Source: a virus
Length of the DNA stretch: 64,000 nucleotides
Reading direction: 5' to 3' (one strand)
Virus record (IMG/VR): IMGVR_UViG_3300042691_019786
A program made the position numbers and the translations under genes. Every line of letters starts with the position of its first letter. Position 1 is the first letter of the stretch. The notes beneath the pieces are model-generated. The model made no database searches. It was not told where the DNA came from and was given only the letters and a program-made list of their open reading frames with translations. Shown here piece by piece: positions 57,933-64,000 of the stretch.

Positions 57933-58466
57933 TTATTTAGCCAAAAGGGTCAACATTTTTTTATCATAATCTGTTAATTTTTCAACCCCAGAATCTATGA
58001 TTTTATTCATCGCTTCTTGTTTTTCTTTAAGAGTCATATTTTCAATTTCTTCTTCAGTTAACCTTCTTGGTCTTATACTACCTTTAACTTCTTTAACTTC
58101 TAATTTTATTTTTTTACTATTTTCTTTGATGATTTTAGCGTCTTCAATAGCATCTAATAAATCATTCATTCTTTTAGTTAAGATAGAATCAGATTCTTTT
58201 AAAAAACCAAATAACCCTTCATGGATTTCTTCTTTTGCAATGTGATATCCAGAAGATTTAGGATTTAAATCAAAAACAAAAAAACTTCTGTTTTGTAATT
58301 TAAACCACTCGTTTATTTCGCCAACCGTTAACGCTGATGATAGTGTAGCAATAATGATACCTTTGGCATCCAATATATTGGGTTTATTATCGCTGATTTT
58401 TTCTATCTCAGCGATAACATTTTTAGTATCACCCATTATTATTACACAATAATTTTTAAATTCCAT
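57933..58466 (-). CDS. hypothetical protein
   Basis: ORF. Confidence 0.55.
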   Translation of the reverse strand: MEFKNYCVIIMGDTKNVIAEIEKISDNKPNILDAKGIIIATLSSALTVGEINEWFKLQNRSFFVFDLNPKSSGYHIAKEEIHEGLFGFLKESDSILTKRMNDLLDAIEDAKIIKENSKKIKLEVKEVKGSIRPRRLTEEEIENMTLKEKQEAMNKIIDSGVEKLTDYDKKMLTLLAK

Positions 58467-58513
58467 ACCCCCTTTTTTTTAACTAATGTACAATTTTAAT
58501 ATTAAATATGCAA

Positions 58514-60883
58514 TTATTTAATAGTTATTTTTGATATGTTATCTTTTTTGATTACTGTAACTACATTGTCACCCCAATCTTTAACAATATCATTGTGTGT
58601 TATAAAGAACACTATTTCATACATTTCTTTTATTTTATCAAATAACGTTTTTAACTTCTCAATGTTGTCTTGTGCTACTTTACCTAAAACTTCATCAAAC
58701 GTTATAAAATTTGGCATTGGTAGAGTTGATAGTTTACCTAACACAGCTCTTAACGCTAAACTAGCCGCTGTTTTCTCTAAACCAGAACCAGATTTTAATA
58801 ATTTTGACACACCGTCTTTAACTAATAAAAACTGAACATCATTCTTATCATTAATAAATATCTCAACATCGAAATCTACAACTTCATCTAACAATCTTTG
58901 TATTTCAGAATTTATAATTGGTAACACAGAACGCAACACTAATTTGCTAATTCCTTTTTTACCAACCAAATCAATATAGATTTTAAAAATCTTATCTATT
59001 TCTTCTTCTTTTTTAATAGTCTCAATCAATTTGGTTTTAGTTTCAACACCAAGTTTGTGGTTTTTAATTTCAGTTTTAACACGTTCTATTTTAGCGATAA
59101 TATCATCTTTAGAAAATTCCAACACAGAAATATCTGTTTTAATTTTAGATAGTTCACTATCAATTTTCTTGTTTAATTCAATAGCATCTAAATTAAGTTT
59201 GTATTTTTTCAAATCATTACGTTTAGCGACAATATCATTTTTTAATGAACCAATCTGAACTTCTAATCTATCTCTATTTAATTCATATTTGTTTTTGTCA
59301 TCAATAAGTTCTTTGGTCTTATTTAACGTTTCTAATTCTTTATTTATATTCTTGATACTAGCATCTAGTTTAGTAACTTCTTTTTTGATTTTTTCAATAT
59401 CTGATTCATGTTTAGCAATGTGTTCAGAGTTATCAACATCATCTAATTTTCTGTTACATGATTGACAGATACCTCCAGCAATTAAGTCGGTAACAACTTT
59501 TTCAAGTCTAGTTATTTCAGCTTCTTTAACAGCCTTTGAAGATGTTTGTGATGATAACTCTTTTGTTAACTCATGATGATGGTCTTCATCAAAAGATACC
59601 TCACCAATCTCATTTATTTTAACAACATATTCATCAACACTTTCTTTTAGTTTAACACCTTTTTCAATCAAATCAGCAATTTCTTTTTCTAAGTTAGATG
59701 GGTTTAATTCAGAAATAGTAACATCTATTTTTTCTTTGCTGTTTATTAATTTATCATTTTCAGCGTTTAAATCAGCAATATCTGTTTTAGCTTTTTCTAA
59801 CTTCTCATTTAAACTAATTTCTAATTCAGCAGCCAATTGACCCTTTTCATTATGGTCATCTATTTCTTCAGTAAGTGTAATAACATCATATTCATTAGAT
59901 TTTTTCTTTCTAGCGAATTCGTTATACATTTCTCTAACAGCTTTTTCTTTAAGTTCTAATATTTCTAAACCAATAAGTCTAGTCAATACTTTACCAGATT
60001 CAGTTGTTGTTAAACCAATCAAATCATCTAGATTATTTTCAGTTGCCAATACAAGCATCTCAAAGTCTTTTTCACTACCAATACTTTCTTTTATCTTTTT
60101 GGTTGTTCTAGTAGCGTCTTCTTCATTTAATTGTTTTTCTTCACCATCTGGTAATAACTCATAATAATTAACTTTGTTAACAATAGTCCAACCACCACCT
60201 TTCTTAGCAGTTCTTTTCATCTTACGTTCAATGATGATTTCTTCACCTTCGATTTCAATCATACCACGAACAGTCAATTCATTTTTGTCACTATATTGAT
60301 TAAATACTTGTTCATTAGTATCTGTTTTTGTCGTATTACCATGTAACAAAAACTTCATAGCGTCAATAGTCATTGTAGTTTTACCACCTTGGTTAGATGG
60401 GATTGAATTTACTATGTTCAACCCTCTTAATTTTGTAAATGGAATATAGTTATCTTCACCAAATGATAATAGGTTATTAATCATTAACCATTTAACACTC
60501 CAACTTCTATGTTGTGTTTCATTAACATCAACGTTTAATTCACCGTTAACTTTGTCATCTAACGCAAGTATTCTATTAAAGTCAACATTCTTACCATCTC
60601 TATCAATTAACTCCTTCATAAGGGCTCTTTGATAGTTAACATCCATTATGTTTTCAATACCAGCGCCAGTGATTTCAATAAGGTCACCATTGGCAGTCTT
60701 TTTAACTGGACGATATATTACGTTTATGTTGTTTTTGTTAACACCATATTTAGTAGCAAAGTAATTTCTAATTTTGTTTTTAGCTTCTCTGCTGTAATTA
60801 TGTGGTTGGTCATCCCAATAAACTTTTATCTTCGCATAAGGTGATATCGCTTTGATATCTGATACTACAATACTATTCTCCAT
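58514..60883 (-). CDS. Rad50/SbcC (gp46-like) ATPase
   Basis: NQGGKTT, coiled coil, CQSC hook, SGLEK, FDEV, ITH. Confidence 0.9.
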   Translation of the reverse strand: MENSIVVSDIKAISPYAKIKVYWDDQPHNYSREAKNKIRNYFATKYGVNKNNINVIYRPVKKTANGDLIEITGAGIENIMDVNYQRALMKELIDRDGKNVDFNRILALDDKVNGELNVDVNETQHRSWSVKWLMINNLLSFGEDNYIPFTKLRGLNIVNSIPSNQGGKTTMTIDAMKFLLHGNTTKTDTNEQVFNQYSDKNELTVRGMIEIEGEEIIIERKMKRTAKKGGGWTIVNKVNYYELLPDGEEKQLNEEDATRTTKKIKESIGSEKDFEMLVLATENNLDDLIGLTTTESGKVLTRLIGLEILELKEKAVREMYNEFARKKKSNEYDVITLTEEIDDHNEKGQLAAELEISLNEKLEKAKTDIADLNAENDKLINSKEKIDVTISELNPSNLEKEIADLIEKGVKLKESVDEYVVKINEIGEVSFDEDHHHELTKELSSQTSSKAVKEAEITRLEKVVTDLIAGGICQSCNRKLDDVDNSEHIAKHESDIEKIKKEVTKLDASIKNINKELETLNKTKELIDDKNKYELNRDRLEVQIGSLKNDIVAKRNDLKKYKLNLDAIELNKKIDSELSKIKTDISVLEFSKDDIIAKIERVKTEIKNHKLGVETKTKLIETIKKEEEIDKIFKIYIDLVGKKGISKLVLRSVLPIINSEIQRLLDEVVDFDVEIFINDKNDVQFLLVKDGVSKLLKSGSGLEKTAASLALRAVLGKLSTLPMPNFITFDEVLGKVAQDNIEKLKTLFDKIKEMYEIVFFITHNDIVKDWGDNVVTVIKKDNISKITIK

Positions 60884-61286
60884 ATAAATCTCTTTTGTTT
60901 TTCTTTTTTAACTCTTCTCTTAATTTTTCTAAAGTATCGTTCCATTTTTGTTCAAAGTCTTTAGACTCTTCTTTGTATTTGTTACGTTCAGCTTCTAGGT
61001 CTTTTATTTTGTTCGCTAATTCTTCGTTATTAGAATTATCAGTTATATAAACTTCCTTTTCAACTGGAACTTCAACTTTTACTTCCACTATTTTTTCAAC
61101 AATCTTTTCAACTGGAACTTCGACTACCTTTTCAACCACTTTCTCTACAGTTTGTGGTGTAGCGCCAAATTTCTCAACGGTAAATCCTTGTCTAAGAATT
61201 TTCATTGTGAATTCGTCAATATTGGTTATATTATTGGCTCTGCAATAATCCCAAATCTCATCTTTTAATTGTTTAGATATCTCCAA
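60873..61286 (-). CDS. hypothetical protein with VEKIVEVP repeats
   Basis: ORF. Confidence 0.6.
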   Translation of the reverse strand: MEISKQLKDEIWDYCRANNITNIDEFTMKILRQGFTVEKFGATPQTVEKVVEKVVEVPVEKIVEKIVEVKVEVPVEKEVYITDNSNNEELANKIKDLEAERNKYKEESKDFEQKWNDTLEKLREELKKKNKRDLYGE

Positions 61287-61503
61287 GGTCCACTTTTGTT
61301 AAATCTTCACGTGTTTGATGTAGCAACACAACTTCATGGTCTTTCTCATCAACATTTATTGCTAATACTGGTTTATCAACTCTATAGATAAATCCTTCTT
61401 CGTTTTCTGGGTCTACAAACCCATATTCACCATTAACAACGGTGAAATCATTCATTTCTTCTGGTAGAGAGTTAATAAACTCTTTTAATTCGCTTAGTTT
61501 CAT
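61273..61503 (-). CDS. hypothetical protein
   Basis: packed ORF. Confidence 0.55.
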   Translation of the reverse strand: MKLSELKEFINSLPEEMNDFTVVNGEYGFVDPENEEGFIYRVDKPVLAINVDEKDHEVVLLHQTREDLTKVDLGDI

Positions 61504-62312
61504 AAATTAGTTAGTTTTTCTTCACCATTTTCAATATCTTCCAATGATGTTATTTTAAATTGATAGAATGGATATTTGTTATCAACATCATGTTCAGTAT
61601 ATGTTTTAGTTTCGACATCCCATAATAAGAAACCATGTTTACTAACATTCTCACCAAAATTTTGTTGAATCAGTGATGATGGGTAAGCTATCATAATACC
61701 TTTATGGTTAAATATTTGTCGTTTATGTATATCACCTAACATTGCAATATCACAACCTTCAAATATATCTAATTCAGCACCATGGTCGATTTCATAACCA
61801 ATATCAGTTTTAGCGTTGATTATTGGCGCATGAAACAAACCGATATATGTTTTGTCATCTCCAAATTCAATTCTAGCACCTTCAATGTCTGGTCTAGCGT
61901 TTTCTTCAAAAATAGAATACGCACACCAAACAATATTGTCATCTAAATAACATTTAGATTCTTTGAAATAGTTTATTTCTTTATCACCCAAGAATTGTAC
62001 CATAGGTGAAATACTATCCATACGATTAGCGTTATTTTCTAATAAATCATGGTTACCAGCAATTATAATAACTGGTGCTATCTCTTCTAACTTTCTTAGG
62101 AACCATGTACCTAAAATTAACATCTCATTAGAAATAACAATCTTTTGGTGAACCAAATCACCAGCAATAACTATTCTAATTTCTTCTCTGCTATAATCAG
62201 CTAATAATTCTCTCAAATCACCCAATAATGTTTTGAACACATCTTTGTATTCATCATGCATTCTAAGTGTTCTGATATGTATATCAGCTAAGTGTACTAC
62301 TTTTTTTATCAT
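61500..62312 (-). CDS. Mre11/SbcD (gp47-like) nuclease
   Basis: ADIH, AGD, GNHD, FH, GDIH metallophosphoesterase motifs. Confidence 0.88.
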   Translation of the reverse strand: MIKKVVHLADIHIRTLRMHDEYKDVFKTLLGDLRELLADYSREEIRIVIAGDLVHQKIVISNEMLILGTWFLRKLEEIAPVIIIAGNHDLLENNANRMDSISPMVQFLGDKEINYFKESKCYLDDNIVWCAYSIFEENARPDIEGARIEFGDDKTYIGLFHAPIINAKTDIGYEIDHGAELDIFEGCDIAMLGDIHKRQIFNHKGIMIAYPSSLIQQNFGENVSKHGFLLWDVETKTYTEHDVDNKYPFYQFKITSLEDIENGEEKLTNL

Positions 62313-62318
62313 TTATAA

Positions 62319-62678
62319 TTATTTTTTTTGTATTTTTTCAATCTCTAATTCTTTACCATCTAAAAAACTTTCTAATAATATTTCATTTATTATTATTCTT
62401 TTATTTTTACCAATATTTCTAAAACCATTATAACCATAGTGTTTTATATGGCTATAACCAGCTACATCACCACCACTTTTAAAAAATTTCTTAGCATTTA
62501 ATGATTTTGTAACTTTTGATAAATGATATTTGGTTAATTCTAATTCTTCAATTAATTCCTCATTAGTTACGACACATTCACCCATTATAAATTGTCTACC
62601 CAAAACAAATAAAATTAATTTCTTTTCATTTTCTGTTAGTAAATCACTTTCAATTATCTTATCTTTATTCTTTATCAT
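62319..62678 (-). CDS. hypothetical protein, possible winged helix
   Basis: ORF. Confidence 0.5.
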   Translation of the reverse strand: MIKNKDKIIESDLLTENEKKLILFVLGRQFIMGECVVTNEELIEELELTKYHLSKVTKSLNAKKFFKSGGDVAGYSHIKHYGYNGFRNIGKNKRIIINEILLESFLDGKELEIEKIQKK

Positions 62679-62679
62679 A

Positions 62680-63462
62680 TTATGCGTTTTTCATTAAGTT
62701 ATAGTAATGCATTTCAACTAACTTCTTAGCTTCGTTTTTCATATACATTATTTGTATCTTTTCAAATGACATTTTTTCTTTATCCCAATATCCAATTCTA
62801 ATTTGTCTACATTTTCTTTTAGGGAACTCTAATTCGTACATATAAGCGTATACAGACAACTGTAATGTATAAACTGACCATTGACATGCTTGCATGTGGT
62901 CAAATGGCTTAAAAAGCGTTTTAAAACCAAATGGGTCAAAGAAATTAAACTCTCGGTTTGTCTTCCAGTCCCAAACATCAAAATATACATCATCAATATC
63001 AATAATAAGGTCAGACATACCAGCTAACTCATATTGTTCAGCAAATAATATTCTTTCTGGCCATATGGCAACACCTTCATCAATTTTTAACGCTTCATAC
63101 CCATCAATAACTTTTTGTTCAAATTGACCGTCTTCAGTGTCATCTGGGAAATACCATTTGTTTGCTAATAAATATCTTTCAACGATGTCGTGAACTTTAG
63201 AACCGTAAATGTTCGCTTCATCATTTAACATTTGCCAATATTCTAATATTTGTTGTTGAGACATACCGATATATTTCTCTTGTTTAACATTATCAGCTTG
63301 ATTGACAATAGCCATAGAAACCGCTTCTGAATCAAAATGTGGTTCTATAGATGTCAAAGTAGTAGTAACTGATTTATATATTTTACCAGTTACTCTATGA
63401 TGATATTTATGTTCAATAGGTTCTAGATATACTGGACCTTCCCATAATCTTGCTTTACTCAT
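62680..63462 (-). CDS. PD-(D/E)XK exonuclease
   Basis: SVTT, GSKVH, E, AGMSD, DWKT, YTLQLSVY. Confidence 0.85.
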   Translation of the reverse strand: MSKARLWEGPVYLEPIEHKYHHRVTGKIYKSVTTTLTSIEPHFDSEAVSMAIVNQADNVKQEKYIGMSQQQILEYWQMLNDEANIYGSKVHDIVERYLLANKWYFPDDTEDGQFEQKVIDGYEALKIDEGVAIWPERILFAEQYELAGMSDLIIDIDDVYFDVWDWKTNREFNFFDPFGFKTLFKPFDHMQACQWSVYTLQLSVYAYMYELEFPKRKCRQIRIGYWDKEKMSFEKIQIMYMKNEAKKLVEMHYYNLMKNA

Positions 63463-63534
63463 TTTATTTTATTTTAATGCAAATATACTATATTTTTAAT
63501 CACTTTGCAACTATTTATCAATAAACTTTATTTA

Positions 63535-64000
63535 ATGAAAACATTTATTAAAAAATTATTAAAAGAGATGTTAGATGATAAATCATTTGAGTTACCTAAA
63601 CACATAGATATTGATTCTGAGTTATTAACTAAAATATCAACAATAGGTTTAAACGATTTTGAAATTTTAGAAAATGGTGATGACGGTAACGATAAAATGT
63701 ATTTAAAAATTAAATTTAACGACCCAAGTTTAGAAATATTATCTGATTCAATTCAATTTTATGTTCAAATAATAAAAGATTTTATATATCATCCCCATAT
63801 TTTCTTAAATAAAAATTTAGAAAATAAAAAAATAGGTTCTAAGATACTTAAAAAATTTATTTATGAATTTGGTCATGCATATTTAAGCAAAGGTAGAACA
63901 ATCAACCCTAATTTATTTGGTATGTTTAATAAGTTCTGTAAAACTGATTCTAAATTAGAATGTATTGAATCTAGTAAAGGTATTTTAGTCACTTTAATTG
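63535..64000 (+). CDS. hypothetical protein, runs off the window end
   Basis: open frame MKTFIKKLLKEMLDDK... Confidence 0.55.
   Translation, partial: MKTFIKKLLKEMLDDKSFELPKHIDIDSELLTKISTIGLNDFEILENGDDGNDKMYLKIKFNDPSLEILSDSIQFYVQIIKDFIYHPHIFLNKNLENKKIGSKILKKFIYEFGHAYLSKGRTINPNLFGMFNKFCKTDSKLECIESSKGILVTLI

Noticed and set aside
1-64000. Genome-wide TAG recoding suggested by the suppressor tRNA
   Set aside because: Genes are full length in the standard code, and TAG ends several genes at natural termini (4564, 15991, 45738, 60873).

Overview
This is a very AT-rich segment of a jumbo, T4-like/myovirus-type bacteriophage genome, read almost entirely from the minus strand in the standard genetic code. 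The host is most likely in the Bacteroidota: TAnnTTTG promoter boxes recur, and there are Bacteroidota-type secreted and histone-like proteins. Genes cover RNA/tRNA repair (Rnl1-like ligase, a split Rnl2-like ligase, a kinase fused to a 2H phosphoesterase, a CCA-adding enzyme, two Pth2-like proteins, a DUF2828/TROVE-like protein), a WGR-PARP, DNA ligase, Mre11/Rad50, RNase HII, sigma70, ClpP, DnaJ, an FKBP, a two-component system and lysis genes. RNA genes include 13 tRNA or tRNA-like genes plus two remnants, and a tmRNA. Several systems are invisible in the ORF track. (1) A leader-peptide attenuator sits in front of the tRNA array, and its codons match the tRNAs of that array. (2) An amber-suppressor tRNA is followed by a Pth2 gene with TAG at codon 3, then a minigene M-M-amber-IYRAPP. 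(3) A family of four putative ncRNAs shares a covarying 7-bp stem and TTCWGCAA; one lies directly behind the DUF2828/Ro60-like gene. (4) A tRNA-Asn carries a 30-nt anticodon-loop insertion. (5) An RNA ligase is split by a homing endonuclease, and its halves carry intein-like tags. (6) Homing endonucleases repeatedly sit between a dead gene fragment and a replacement copy. All calls were made by eye; no database searches were run.
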